DNA of 64,000 bases, from contig CM106585.1 in NCBI GenBank assembly GCA_048013815.1, positions 9,238,001-9,302,000 on the forward strand, written 5' to 3'. The position numbers and the translations under genes were made by a program. Below are positions 37,701 to 49,855 of the stretch, one piece after another (the first letter of the stretch is position 1; each line of letters begins with the position of its first letter). The DNA is from Setoptus koraiensis. Lineage: Eukaryota > Animalia > Arthropoda. The notes beneath the pieces were generated by a model, which saw only the letters and a list, made by a program, of their open reading frames with translations, was not told where the DNA came from and ran no database searches.

Positions 37701-37814
37701 GCGAGGGTCATGAAGAAAATATTCAATAAGCTGGATATACAAAAAGAAATCACTCTATTTGTTGTGAAATAATAGTAAAATAATTGTTTTTTGTTTCGCT
37801 GGGTACGGTTCATT

Positions 37815-39833
37815 TCATCCTTTGAATTGTAAAGTAAGTAACACACCAGAGGCTATTGCTGCGACCATCTGGGGTGGAGATATCACGAGAAATTAGTGAG
37901 ATTAAAGGGATCATGACAGGAAAAATATTTCTATGAAATACGTACCTTTGGTATCGATTTGGGCCCTACCGAAGCTTCACCAAATGTAACGAAGGCACGC
38001 GATGATTCGTTAAGAAAGTCCTCACTTATCCGGCACAGTTTAATCATTTGCTTATGATCTATGTGATCATGCTTGTTGACCATTATCACCTGAACATCAT
38101 CACTCAGATCTTCGAACTTTCGAGTGGTTTAGAGTGATTTTATAATCAATGAGAGTGTGCTTTTCCGATACCATATAGGCAAATCGGTTAGAAATAAGAC
38201 TGAAATTTGGCATTCAACTTACAGATTTTTGCACAAAACCGGCGTGGACAGTTATTGGTAGTATGACCAAAGTTAGGATAGAGCCGATGTAAACAGTGTA
38301 TGCCATTTTTGCTGCAAAATCATGATTTTCGCTTGAATTTGAGAACACCAAGTTGCCAAAATACACTGTAGAACCTAGCACTTTCATCAGCATTTCAAAT
38401 GTTAACATTGGCTTAAAAAAAAGGCGTAAATCTTCAAGTTCGTCTCTAACTGCTCCTATACACCGGAAGTTTTCATCCAATGCGGCTGAAATAAGAGCTC
38501 GAAATTTACTTGTGAAAGATTCTTGTGACAGCAAGCGTGGTTCCTTGCTATTACATGTTCTGATTGGGGCATACAAAATAGTTCTATTTATTTTGGAACA
38601 TGATGAGTTTGTTAGGAACTGAGTTGGAATATAACATTTCTCTCTTGTAGAACTTCCACTGATACGAGGTTTGCTCATAGAATCGTCCTTTTCATTCTCT
38701 AGTCGCTTGATAATATATCTACTGTTAGCCAAACATTCAGATATTCTTTTACACTGCATTGAAGTCGTATAGATTCGCTCCCTGAGAATGATGCAGCATA
38801 TTATGTAATGTAATAAATTGACTAAGTAGATAAGGTCGTAGAATGTTATTAGCGCAAAACCGATGACCGTTAGAATTGACTTTATCGAGACGTATGGTCG
38901 AAAATCTTGTCTCAATTGTTCCTCCTCTGATGTTTCAGCTGTTGTATTAATTATTAAATAGAAGTTTAAGATAAGCACTAAATTAGCGATCCAACCTATA
39001 ATAGCAAAGGTAACTGAAAAAAAAGTCGTAAATCCAATTGATCGATCTATCAATCGAATAGTTTTGTCTCTATTTCTCCACCTTGTTTTTGCTGTACATA
39101 GTCGATTGAGTTGAAATTCAACGAAACTAAAATTCAGATCTCGTATACTTGGGCATTCTGATTTTTCGTAAAAATTCTGGTTGGCGTGCATGGTCTGAAA
39201 TGATTCGCAGTCTTTCAACTTATCAGCATTGTGACTTCTCAGTAGTTTCAGATATAAAACAGCAGCGTTGGAATATTGATCCTTGATGTCCCTAACAAAT
39301 GTCAAATAGAATGTTAGTGCACAAGCTGTTCCTTCCAGAAATATATGCAGAACATGTAAATCCGGCAATATTGGTGTTAGGGTCACTAAAAGATCATATT
39401 TTCTAAGCCAAAGCAACCGTTTCCGTTGAAATGGATTGCACACTTCGCCTCTTAGACACTCGTGGCTGATTGATCCATTTTTAATCAATGATATGATAAT
39501 TATAGATCTCACGACATCTAGCATTAAGTAGAGGCAAAAGAATAAGGATATCGTTTTCATGCGACATCTTTTTTTTACATTTCTGTGATAATAGATTAAT
39601 CTTGATGCTTGTTTGAATAACACGGAAAGTCCGTAGCTTTTCTTCCTGATATCACCAATTTTGAGAGGATTACTTAATTTTGTCGATGATTTGATTCCGA
39701 TAGATTCTATCGAAGGTTCGGCTTTATCGTGTGCGCGACTTTTATCCACAAAATCCAAATGAAGGTGGAATACATTATCGAGTAGATAAAGGATTGGCGT
39801 GAGCCAACTAAACAATTCAAAAACCTCCAACAT
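37815..39833 (-). CDS. Gustatory-receptor-like (7tm_7 / OR-GR superfamily) membrane protein A, 611 aa; exons 39833-38223, 38116-37946, 37868-37815
   Basis: Multi-hydrophobic-segment ORF. Phase-0 GT-AG introns of 106 and 77 nt. The last exon MVAAIASGVLLTLQFKG* has the GR-type TM7 ending in QF. Clear paralog of 40848-42893. Confidence 0.75.
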
Positions 39834-40847
39834 GAAAGGGATTCAGCTTGCAAAGTTAGTTGGAGGTCCAATCGAGATAGTGTTTTATAAAATAAATTTG
39901 ATCGATATTGAGCTTTTTCTAAATTTGGTTCGCAACCAAGTCTATTAAGAATTGGTCTTTTGTCCATCGAGATTCCCTAGAAAAGAATGTACGCAGCAAC
40001 TAGAAAATAGAATCCACGAGATACATCGAATGAATATTCATGTTCGCCCATGCAGGACTACCTAAAGGATTTTTAGTCGTTCAGAAATCGAGTCCTCCTC
40101 ACGATTTCTAAGTTGTAAACTGAAATTACTACGGAGACAAGTTCGAACAAGATACTTTATAAACTTGATTGGGTCGAATATTCAATATTGAATATAAGAT
40201 TGTGACCAAAGGCTTTTTAATAACGCACTTCTGTGTCAGCATACTGAAGAATAATTGATTCTCATACGAATTCGAGGATAGAATCACGCATCTCGCTTAT
40301 TTACTCTTGGAAGTAGTTTTACGGCCGAAATACATTCTGGACAAAAGTTCTTTGTAATGTCCAACATGTAACAAGATATCCAGACATCCATTGCATCTTT
40401 ACAACATACCTAGGTGAGTAATGGTAGAATAACATGCTAGAAAGTAAAAAGACTGATACTGTTACCAACATACCCACAAAAACGTTCGAAGATATCGGAG
40501 TCAGACAATCAGTGGTCGGTTCAATTTCATTTATTGAAATGGTTTCTGCTTGAATGTTTACAAAACTTGCAATTCAGACGATATATGTTATGAATAATCG
40601 ATTGTACGTTTCCGTGTGCGTGCGCCGAGTGGATTTGCATTTTCATATTTGTATGTATCAAACATGCGATGAGGATGTGAGGACTATATAAAGAGGAAAT
40701 GAGGTTCAAATTAGTACAATGAATGAAAGACACCACAAGAGACAATTGGTAGTATCAAAACAAATTATCTACAGTCTTCTTCAACCGGCCCACGAATATC
40801 TAGGCTTTCGATCAATATAGCTGATTGAGAATTAACTGGGAATCATC

Positions 40848-42893
40848 ATGCACGTCTCCATATTTAATGATAGGATAGAAACATTCTACTATATCCTTGA
40901 TCGGATACTTCATTTCCATACGGAGATCGAATTCGATAGAGACTATAGCGATGATGAGATCTCATCGATTGAATCAGTTCCTCAGCTCAAGGCAGAAGAT
41001 TTCTCGCCTTTAACTGCATCGAGTAATGTTTGCAGTAATAATCATAATTTCATCAAGAGCGAGAATAACATATTTTCTTCGATAGTGCAACGAAGCTCAA
41101 AATTATTCAATTACCATCGCAATATGAAAACTAGTTGTTCTTTTAAGTTAGCTTCCGCATTTGTTTTCATTTACATGTTGCAGGATGTCATTAGTTCGGC
41201 GTTCTTAATTGCTTGGCTAAAAGACGGAAATATTGGTCCAGAGTGCTTCAAAGGTGAAAAGTGTAGCCAATCTCAACGAAAAAAATTACTTTGGTATAGA
41301 AAGTTTGATTTATTGTGGTCAATAACATATATAATGCCGGAAGTACATCCTCTGAGTTTACTAGTTTCTCTAGGAGTGACTATCATGACCATTTATCACG
41401 GATTCATTAGAGATGTCGCAAGTGAATCAAGAAACACAGCAATCTTATATATAAAATTATTAAAATGTTACAAGATCAATAATCGTGAACGTCCAGGTGA
41501 TCAAGCCCATAACTATGAAGATAAACAACATTTTGATAAGCAAGAAGTATCGGATCTGAATTTTAATTACGATGACTTCCATATCGATAGACGGTGTGTT
41601 GTAAAAACTAGGTGGAGGATTGGCGAGGGAGCTCTCTCAAATTTAGAAAAGGTGTTGAAATATCATTTTATAGTTTTCGTTCCGAGCTTTGTTGCAATTT
41701 GGTGTGGTTACGTGGTGATAAATTGTTTTCATCACCTGAAAATCATGTCACCAGCCACTACACTTGAGGAAGAACAACTGAGAGAAGATTTTCGTCCATT
41801 CGTCGGCATGAGATCAATCACTTCACTCATTGCGATTGGTTTTAAGGTATTTTACGAATTTCTCTATGTTACCCAATTCGTTCATCATGTGGTATGTTGC
41901 ATCATTCTTATGGAAAGACTCTATACGATAGAAAGACAAAGCAAACAAATTTCCGACTATCTAATCAACAACAAAAATCTCATGAAACGATCAGCCAATG
42001 AGAAAGAAAACTCTTTAAACGAACCCTGGTCCGATGAAGGCTGTTCTGGAGGAACAATGCGACTCCGATATCGATCCAGGACAGCTTCGCCATATTTTCG
42101 GTCGCACGAAAGTTATTTAAAATGCTTCGACGAGTTCAATCGGAAGAACTGCCAGCTGCCATCAATGCAACAACAAGAGTTGCGACGGAAAAGACTGCAA
42201 ACTGTCATTTCGAAAGCATTAGATGAAAACTTCCGTTGCCTAGGGGCCGTTAGAACAGAAATCGAAGATCTGCGCAATTTTTTCAGACCATTCTTTTCAG
42301 TGGAATTGTTATCGAAATTACCAATATCTGTAGTCTATATTGGCAGAATTATAGTTTCAAATTCAAATACTAATGAAGATATTTTCACAAAAATTCAAAC
42401 TCTTTTCATTGGTCTCATTTTGCTATTGAACCTCTTACCACCGATTTACCTGACCGGTTTATTACAAAAATCCGTAAGTTCAATACCGAGACGCCTTATT
42501 CACCGAATCGGCCATTAAGTGCTAGAGAATATTTATTAATTAACAAAAATCAATCATTGTCATTTCAGATGAAAAAACTTTGTGATTCACTGGAGGAGAT
42601 AATGCTCAATCATGATAATTTTATAGATTTCTTTCGCATGAATAGATTGATCAGAGTTAGCCAAGATCTCGCACAAGAAACGCCCCTTGTGTTCGACACC
42701 TATAATGGAATTGGCACAGGACCCAAGGCCATGCCGACAGTACGTATCATCCGCATACATATTATGCGTCTACATTTCCGTAATTTTGTTAATCATCTTT
42801 TACTAATCTATTCTCTAATTTTTCCACCATCAGTTCCTTGGAACCATTGCCTCAGGAGTGTTATTGACTTCACAAATACAGATTCGAACGTAA
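40848..42893 (+). CDS. Gustatory-receptor-like membrane protein B, 618 aa; exons 40848-42473, 42569-42739, 42834-42893
   Basis: Same two phase-0 intron positions as paralog A (95 and 94 nt) and an identical 171-nt middle exon. Last exon FLGTIASGVLLTSQIQIRT*. Shared motifs YHRN, QRK.LLW.RK.DLL, KTRWR, EEEQLR.DFRP, ALDENFRC.GAVR. Confidence 0.75.
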
Positions 42894-44720
42894 TGACAGA
42901 AATCACGAAAAAATCTAGCTAGCCAGCTTAATTGATAGCAGAGCCATACTTACTCGGATGTTTACGAAATATGGCTGTCTTGGATCTAGAGGCAATGTAG
43001 GTGGGCGAAAACAGAACCCGCAAGCCCACATTATGGTAACATGTTGCCAGACCGATAGCTGCAGTCAGGGAACCTCATGTGACTATAATAGAACGCAAGA
43101 GTTGGTGAGGCCCAGTGATCATTCGGAGGGAAATCCGCCCCGTATCTTTTTTGGTCTAATCATGACCACAAGGTTTATCCTCGTCGATCATACATGTACG
43201 CAACAAAAGGAGAGAAGGGGATCGAAATGTGAACCTTTTCTCGAGTAGCGACATCAGATCGCTCTATCATTTCACGATCGAAAAACGAATAATTTTAGAT
43301 TGAAAGAAAAATTTTAGCAAAAAAAGATTAGCCGTTTTGGCAGAGATTTGAAAGGTGCCATGCGAGGCACACTTGTAGCTGTACAAGTACGTCGATGAAA
43401 CATTTTCACATTTGCTACAGGTGCGCCAAGAGTAATAAGATACCATGTGGAATATCGCTGACACCCCTGGCTGTATACCGATAAAAAGGTGAGAGGGGCG
43501 CTCGCATGAGCCCATAAATGCATTAAAAAGCTCGAGAGGGAAACAACGTTATCGACGAGTATCACCCTTTATCTTCTTTTTTTTTTCTTGTTGATTTGTT
43601 TTTCGACCTCACTCACACAACACAAGAAGTGACATGAAACGGTTTCTTGTTGAAGTGCGGCCAAAGGTATCAGCAAAACTCAACACGGTATATGCAAAAT
43701 CGCCCACTTGATGAGAACATTCTTGCATTTAATATCGCGATATAGATGGCATCCAGGGCTGCCGAAAAATTTTGCCCGCAACTTGGGATTATGTGACTGA
43801 ATTGAAGTGTGTCAGATACTGATGATATGATATGTCGTCTCCAATATTTGACGATGCTGCAGTCATGATACTATTTTAGCTCGCTGGGATAAAATTTTAT
43901 GGTTAGCGAATCGCAAGCCATACTGTGCTGGCCAGCACAAGTTTGCAAATTGTAATAATTATAAGTTAATACAGTATAATAAGTTGTGAATTATCATTAT
44001 TAGAAATTGAAATTGAAATCGCAACAATGACATGCTGCTACCTCGTTACCTGTCGTTTGCGTCCACTGCCTTCGACAATGCATTCCGACCGATGCACACC
44101 GATGAGGCCTATGCAAGCACAGTTCGTTGCAATGCACATGCCGTCGGATTGGCAGCGCCGAATGTGTTGCTCTACATCATGCGGTTTATAATTCGTTGCT
44201 TTCACTGCACAAACCATCATGTAGTGGGGTGGCTTGCATCAATTTCTAGAATGCCAGTCTTGTAGTTGCCGGTAATGTCGTCTGAGGGCGCTCTAGCTTT
44301 CACCTGCGCGAACATATCAACGTGAACAGAGTGGGCACTGAATATGTGTGCCACAGTTGATTCTCGGCAGCGCGCCAAAAGAGAATAGTTTCTACTTGTC
44401 ATGCCAGTCCAGTGCTGCACCCAAAGCTCCGTGAGCGCCTCAAGCATGAGTGCGCTGAACTAAAAGATTGGCGTTTGGCGAACTGACACACAGCGATAGT
44501 GAACACGCAGCGAATCATGAGTGGCAGATCACTGTGGCATCAATTCCACATTAGTGTGCACATAATTTAATAATACAAATCTAACTATACATCGCTCCCC
44601 TTCCTTATCCAAATCGACATTCAATAGCATCATAATACTTGATATCTTTATTTAACACAAGCATAATTATCCCAATAATAATATAAAATATCTAAATTAG
44701 TGAGTGGGCTGGCTGGCATC

Positions 44721-47700
44721 ATGGCGCAACAACAGCAAACACAAGCGATAGATTATCCCACCCTCATGAGGGCCCTCATAGAGAGTGTTGGCGACCAAAG
44801 AAAACAAGCAGAGGACATCTATGCGACCATTCCACCAGTTGAAAAACTCAATTTGCTCACTATGTTTATTTGTCAACAGAATGGTATTGCAAACATTAGA
44901 GAATTTGCAGCCATTCTACTGAGACGTCTGTTGAGTACATCATGGGAGGATATTAAAACAAACGCCACTCAGGCCCAATTGGATAAGGTCAAGCACGACC
45001 TATTGCAAAACATACAAGTCCAGGGCCAGCATCAGGGTGTTCGCGAAAAAACATGCCAGGCTATAGCCGAGCTAGCGTACAGGCACATTGATGCCAAGAC
45101 ATTACAAAATCATTGGCCGGAATTTTTAACTTTCTTATTTGAATGCATCAGTAGCCAAAATCTCGACCTAAAAGAGTCTGCACTAACAATGTTCTCATCT
45201 GTGCCAACTATATTCGCCAATCAGCAAGAACATTATCTAAATGTCATTCATCAAATGTTATTTAGTTCACTGACAGCCACCAATTCCACTGACGCTATCA
45301 AAGTTGCCGCGGTCAACGCCACTGTTAATTTTATCATTGAGAATAGCTCCAAAAAAGCACTTGTAAAAACGTTCTCTAATTGCTCCATTCCCATGGTGGA
45401 GATCTTCGCAAAACTTGAAGATGAAATGTCCAAAGAGGACGTTGGTCAAAAACTCATCGAGTTAGCCGAAGAGACACCTACTGTGCTAAGGCCCGCCCTA
45501 GAGAATGTCATGCAAACGTGCTTACCAGTGCTCACTTCAGGATCAGAAATAGCCAATACGGCTTTAGAATTGATTGTCTCTTTGGCAGAAGCAGCGCCTG
45601 GCATGATCAAGAAAAGAGCCTCAAACTATATCAGACCCATTGTCAAGGCTATACTCAGCATGATGAGTGAGATCATAGACGACGACGAATGGGAAAACTC
45701 AGATTCTAGTGATGAAGATGAAGAAGATATTCATTCGCTTGGTGAGGTAGCCATGGATAGGATTGCGTTGTCTTTGGGAGGTAAAGCCATATTGCCTATA
45801 CTTATGGAGGAATTGCCACCCATGCTCAGAGATGCGGATTGGAAAAAGAGGCACGCTGCCTTGATGGCATTTTCTAGTTCTGGAGAGGGATGTCGCGCTC
45901 AATTATTGCCAATGCTAGAACAAGTGGTTACTGGTATCACACCATATTTAGGTGACCCGCACCCAAGAGTTAGATATGCCGCCTGTAATACCATAGGTCA
46001 AATGGCCACTGATTTTAGTCCTGATTTTGAAGAACAATTCCACGATAAAATTTTGCCCGCTTTACTTGCTATTTTGAATGACTTCAGTAGCCTGAAAGTT
46101 CAGGCGCATGCAGGAGCAGCCCTAGTTAATGTATTCGAAGAATGCCCCCAAGAAATTTTGGTAAATTATATGGACTCTATAACACAAACAATCGAAACTG
46201 TTCTGAAAACAAGAATGAGCGATGGAATACCCAAAGAGGAAAGCCGAAGACAAGTAGTAGAGCAGCTGATTACAACTTTATCTGGGTTCGCTGATGCTGC
46301 TCAGGAGCATTTCCAAAAATATTATGACAAGTTTATGCCCTGCCTTAAATTTATAATTATTCGTGCCGAGAATAACAAAGAAGCACTCGTGTTGCGCGGT
46401 AAAGCAATCGAATGCTTCAGTCTGATAGGAATGGTTGTTGGCAAAGAGAAGTTCAGTGAGGATGCCAACGATCTAATGAAGCTGTTGATGCCAACATTAA
46501 CCGGACAAGCACAATTGGCTGACGATGATCCACAGTTGTCTTATATGATCACCGCATGGGCTAGGATATGCAGCATATTAGGATCTGATTTTGAGCGTTA
46601 TTTACCTTATGTCATGGGACCGGTACTGAAGGCAGCGTCAATCAAGGTCGAAATTGCGCTTTTCGACGAAGAGGATAGGAAGAATGTTGGAGAACGCGAT
46701 GATTGGGCGTGGAACAAATGGGATGATCAACAGTCACTCGGAATTAGGACGGCTGGACTAGAAGAAAAAGCGACTGCTTGTTCAATGCTTGTCTGCTACG
46801 CCAGGGTCTTGAAACAAGGTTTCGTCAATTATGTCGAAGAAACAGCCAAGGTTCTCGTACCTCTTCTCAAATTTCCATTTCATGACGACGTTAGACTTGC
46901 AGCATCAGAATGTATGCCTTATTTGCTGGAAAGTGCTAAAGCTAGAGGAGATGAATTTGTCCTTCAGTTGTGGGAATTTATCTGCTCAGATTTGTTTGAT
47001 GCGATTACGGTAGAATCAGACTACAAAGTATTGAATGAAATGTTGGAATGTCTAGGCGGATGTATGGAAAAGGTGGGCCCGAAATGTCTCAATGAAGCTA
47101 GAATAGATGTACTCGCCAAATTTCTAGATGAAAAATTCAAAGAACACTTTGATTCCCTGATCAAAGATTTAGAGAACCGTAAGGATGAGGATTACGATAA
47201 TGATAATGAGGATGATGATGATGATTCAGAGGAAGAAGATAATTGTTTGAGGGGTCTGGCGGAAGTCATTCACGCTCTGTTCTGCACATATAAAGAAGGC
47301 TACTTACCATTTTTTGAATTGTTATTACCCCACGTGCTAAAACTAGCGAACGACCAGACAATTCCATGGGTCAATCGGCAAATAGCTATTTGTATATTCG
47401 ATGATTTAATTGAATATTCAGGTGGAGCCAGCATAAAATATCAAGAAGTTTACCTACCCGTTCTGATGAGCGGTATAACAGATAAACGTAAAGAGATAAG
47501 ACAAGCCTCTCTTTACGGTATTGGTCAATTAGCGCAACAGTTGGGTGCAACGTTTGCGCTCTTTTTCCAAACAACGCTACCATCCATTGTACAACTAGTT
47601 AATGATCCACAATCTAGGTCTAGTGAGAATATACTTGCTACGGAAAATGCCATTGCCGCTGTCACACGTATCCTCAAATACTGTCCCAGTATTCCTAATC

Positions 47701-48023
47701 ACGCCGAGCTTATGCAATGCTGGTTACAGTGGTTACCTATATGGGACGATGAAACTGAAGTGCCTGGAGTCTTAGAATACTTTATCACATTAATCGAACA
47801 GAATAACCCTATTATCATGGGACAAAACTCTAGCAATCTCACACGATTGGTATATGTTATCGCGGAAGTATTCGCTCGTACTTTGATTGAGCACAAAAGT
47901 GAATTAGGGCAGCGATTGGTCAATTTCTTGAGACTAGTTCAAGCTGATCCAGCTGCATCAGCGTGTTTTTCTCAGCTATCGACACCACATCAAGAGGCTG
48001 TGAAACAAGTCTTGACATCTTGA
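44721..48023 (+). CDS. IPO5: Importin-5 / karyopherin-beta3 (HEAT repeats), 1100 aa, single exon
   Basis: Family motifs WKKRHAALMA..SSGEGC, DPHPRVRYAACNTIGQMATDF, TAGLEEKATACSMLVCYA, ATENAIAAVTRI. First ATG at 44721 (the ORF track starts at an upstream GTG). AATAAA at ~48084. Confidence 0.95.
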   Translation: MAQQQQTQAIDYPTLMRALIESVGDQRKQAEDIYATIPPVEKLNLLTMFICQQNGIANIREFAAILLRRLLSTSWEDIKTNATQAQLDKVKHDLLQNIQVQGQHQGVREKTCQAIAELAYRHIDAKTLQNHWPEFLTFLFECISSQNLDLKESALTMFSSVPTIFANQQEHYLNVIHQMLFSSLTATNSTDAIKVAAVNATVNFIIENSSKKALVKTFSNCSIPMVEIFAKLEDEMSKEDVGQKLIELAEETPTVLRPALENVMQTCLPVLTSGSEIANTALELIVSLAEAAPGMIKKRASNYIRPIVKAILSMMSEIIDDDEWENSDSSDEDEEDIHSLGEVAMDRIALSLGGKAILPILMEELPPMLRDADWKKRHAALMAFSSSGEGCRAQLLPMLEQVVTGITPYLGDPHPRVRYAACNTIGQMATDFSPDFEEQFHDKILPALLAILNDFSSLKVQAHAGAALVNVFEECPQEILVNYMDSITQTIETVLKTRMSDGIPKEESRRQVVEQLITTLSGFADAAQEHFQKYYDKFMPCLKFIIIRAENNKEALVLRGKAIECFSLIGMVVGKEKFSEDANDLMKLLMPTLTGQAQLADDDPQLSYMITAWARICSILGSDFERYLPYVMGPVLKAASIKVEIALFDEEDRKNVGERDDWAWNKWDDQQSLGIRTAGLEEKATACSMLVCYARVLKQGFVNYVEETAKVLVPLLKFPFHDDVRLAASECMPYLLESAKARGDEFVLQLWEFICSDLFDAITVESDYKVLNEMLECLGGCMEKVGPKCLNEARIDVLAKFLDEKFKEHFDSLIKDLENRKDEDYDNDNEDDDDDSEEEDNCLRGLAEVIHALFCTYKEGYLPFFELLLPHVLKLANDQTIPWVNRQIAICIFDDLIEYSGGASIKYQEVYLPVLMSGITDKRKEIRQASLYGIGQLAQQLGATFALFFQTTLPSIVQLVNDPQSRSSENILATENAIAAVTRILKYCPSIPNHAELMQCWLQWLPIWDDETEVPGVLEYFITLIEQNNPIIMGQNSSNLTRLVYVIAEVFARTLIEHKSELGQRLVNFLRLVQADPAASACFSQLSTPHQEAVKQVLTS

Positions 48024-48312
48024 GCTGAAAATGTTTGGTTCGTACTATGACTGTTCATTAAGAATTCAAGTGATATTAGTTATAATAAAAATATATTAGG
48101 AAAGGATTAAATAAATCAAAGCCGATGCTAATGCTCGATTATATAACTATAATAAACACTAGAAATCTGTTTGACGCGTGAACTCATCTAGGTATTTATT
48201 TGAGTTCTATTAAACTTTGGTAATAATCAAATGTTTGAAAGATCGTGAAAATCATAAATTGTTATAGTGAGGCAGATACGGGTACAACAGCAAAAAAAAA
48301 CTTTGCACTGAT

Positions 48313-48960
48313 CTAGATGCATCCGCAATGCGCCACGGTCATATCTTTGAATAGTCTGAGAGTAAGATCATGATCATCATATATCAGAAAATATTGAGGC
48401 ATTAACTTTATAGGCGAGCAACAGACATGAGGAATACCATCAATTCCCATAGAGTGATAGAGTGATTGAATGAGCGCGTGATTAGTTGCATTTTGGTAGT
48501 CGTCTAGCGGATAAGAGCAGTCTCCGACACAATAGTGGGCGCTAAATTCAGGGGGATGAATAATCCAATCGTCCCATCCTAGCTCTTTCACATTTATCTT
48601 ATATGAATGACGTCGGCATCTCCTGGTTTTCCCTCTGCGAGCAGTTCGCCTTGATCTAGACATTAAGCCATCTTCCTCTCTCCCACCATGCTCTTCGTCG
48701 TCGTATTCATATGGGTCATCCGTATTTTTGATGATTTCATTCTGCTCCTTGTTATACTTTTCTAATAGAGGCCTTGGCACTCTTATAGACGAAGTCAGAT
48801 CTGCTGGTGTGAGAGGGGGATAATGAGATAGTCTTGAACCTCTTAATCCCCATTGAGACTCATGCTTATCTAACTTTTGACGTGCTAATCGGTCAGTGGT
48901 GACAAGTAAGCAACTGTTCATCAATGTTGTCGCAAATAGCATCAAGATGTTCGCATTCAT
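48313..48960 (-). CDS. TGF-beta superfamily ligand, BMP class (divergent, closest in motif to BMP5-8/gbb/screw), 215 aa with a very short prodomain
   Basis: Seven-Cys mature domain C..LGWDDWIIHP..F.AHYCVGDC..NATNHA.IQ..CCSP..MTVAHCGC. Furin-type sites RSRR/RTAR at aa 102-108. N-terminal hydrophobic segment. Confidence 0.92.
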   Translation of the reverse strand: MNANILMLFATTLMNSCLLVTTDRLARQKLDKHESQWGLRGSRLSHYPPLTPADLTSSIRVPRPLLEKYNKEQNEIIKNTDDPYEYDDEEHGGREEDGLMSRSRRTARRGKTRRCRRHSYKINVKELGWDDWIIHPPEFSAHYCVGDCSYPLDDYQNATNHALIQSLYHSMGIDGIPHVCCSPIKLMPQYFLIYDDHDLTLRLFKDMTVAHCGCI

Positions 48961-48968
48961 GTTTATAC

Positions 48969-49070
48969 CTACAGACAGCTTTGAACTTGACTGTTTTCAT
49001 GTATGTCTCGTTATTGTTTACGTCCAACAAAATTATGTTCAGCATCATTACATAATTTGCACCCACTTAC
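48969..49070 (-). other. Predicted 102-nt 5'-UTR intron of the BMP-class gene
   Basis: CTG|GTAAGT donor at 49070 and CTGTCTGTAG acceptor 8 nt before the ATG. The upstream exon has an in-frame stop, so it adds no coding sequence. Confidence 0.6.
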
Positions 49071-49393
49071 CAGTATTAATGACTCGTTAGAAGCCAATGG
49101 TGGTGTCGTCCAGCGACTATACATAGCGACCGGCAATTTTGTGTTTCAAATTGAGCGCGCCATTTTTTACTTGTGATTCGGCGCAGTAGCTACCGGAACA
49201 GTATACAAAAAGTCGTGGTGCATGTGCGCTCCTGTTATTTTACAATCACTTCTTATGTTTGCTGGCGAACCGCATTATAAATCCTAGATTATTATTATTA
49301 TTCTTATTAAAACAAGAATATTTTCTTTTTCCCTCGTTTGGACATTGATTAGGATTAACTTAGCCGTTGCGATAAATAACTATTATTAACAAG

Positions 49394-49855
49394 ATGTCGT
49401 TGGTTGTTCCAGAGAAATTTCAACACATTTTGCGTGTTATGTCCACCAACATTGATGGACGCAAGAAGGTAACATACGCCCTAACAGCCATCAAGGGTTG
49501 CGGAAGAAGATTTGCCTGTTTGGTTTGTAAAAAGGCCGATGTCGACCCGAACAAGAGAGCCGGCGAGCTTTCCGAAGAGGAGGTAGAAAAATTGGTCACC
49601 ATCATGTCCAATCCATTACAATACAAAATACCAACTTGGTTTCTAAATAGACAAAGGGATTTGAAAGATGGAAAGAATTCACAAGTTATGGCCAACGTGC
49701 TTGAGGTGAAGCTTCGTGAAGATTTGGAATTATTGAAAAAGATCCGTGCCCACAGAGGTCTCCGTCATTATTGGGGACTCAGGGTACGTGGACAACACAC
49801 CAAGACCACAGGTAGAAGAGGTAGAACCGTCGGTGTGTCCAAGAAGAAGGCTTAA
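49394..49855 (+). CDS. RPS18: 40S ribosomal protein S18, copy 1 (153 aa, intronless CDS)
   Basis: Canonical uS13 sequence [15 protein letters not shown]...[30 protein letters not shown] just after the stop. Confidence 0.98.
   Translation: MSLVVPEKFQHILRVMSTNIDGRKKVTYALTAIKGCGRRFACLVCKKADVDPNKRAGELSEEEVEKLVTIMSNPLQYKIPTWFLNRQRDLKDGKNSQVMANVLEVKLREDLELLKKIRAHRGLRHYWGLRVRGQHTKTTGRRGRTVGVSKKKA

Noticed and set aside
42958-43248. ORF with VTCCQTDSC resembling the Ly6/three-finger CCxxDxCN motif
   Set aside because: No signal peptide, no preceding Cys pattern, no terminal Asn or GPI tail, and no supporting splice sites.
44038-44447. Two minus-strand ORFs with an overlapping stop/start upstream of importin-5
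   Set aside because: No recognisable domain, both are short, and they lie in probable promoter/intergenic DNA. I cannot support them without expression data.
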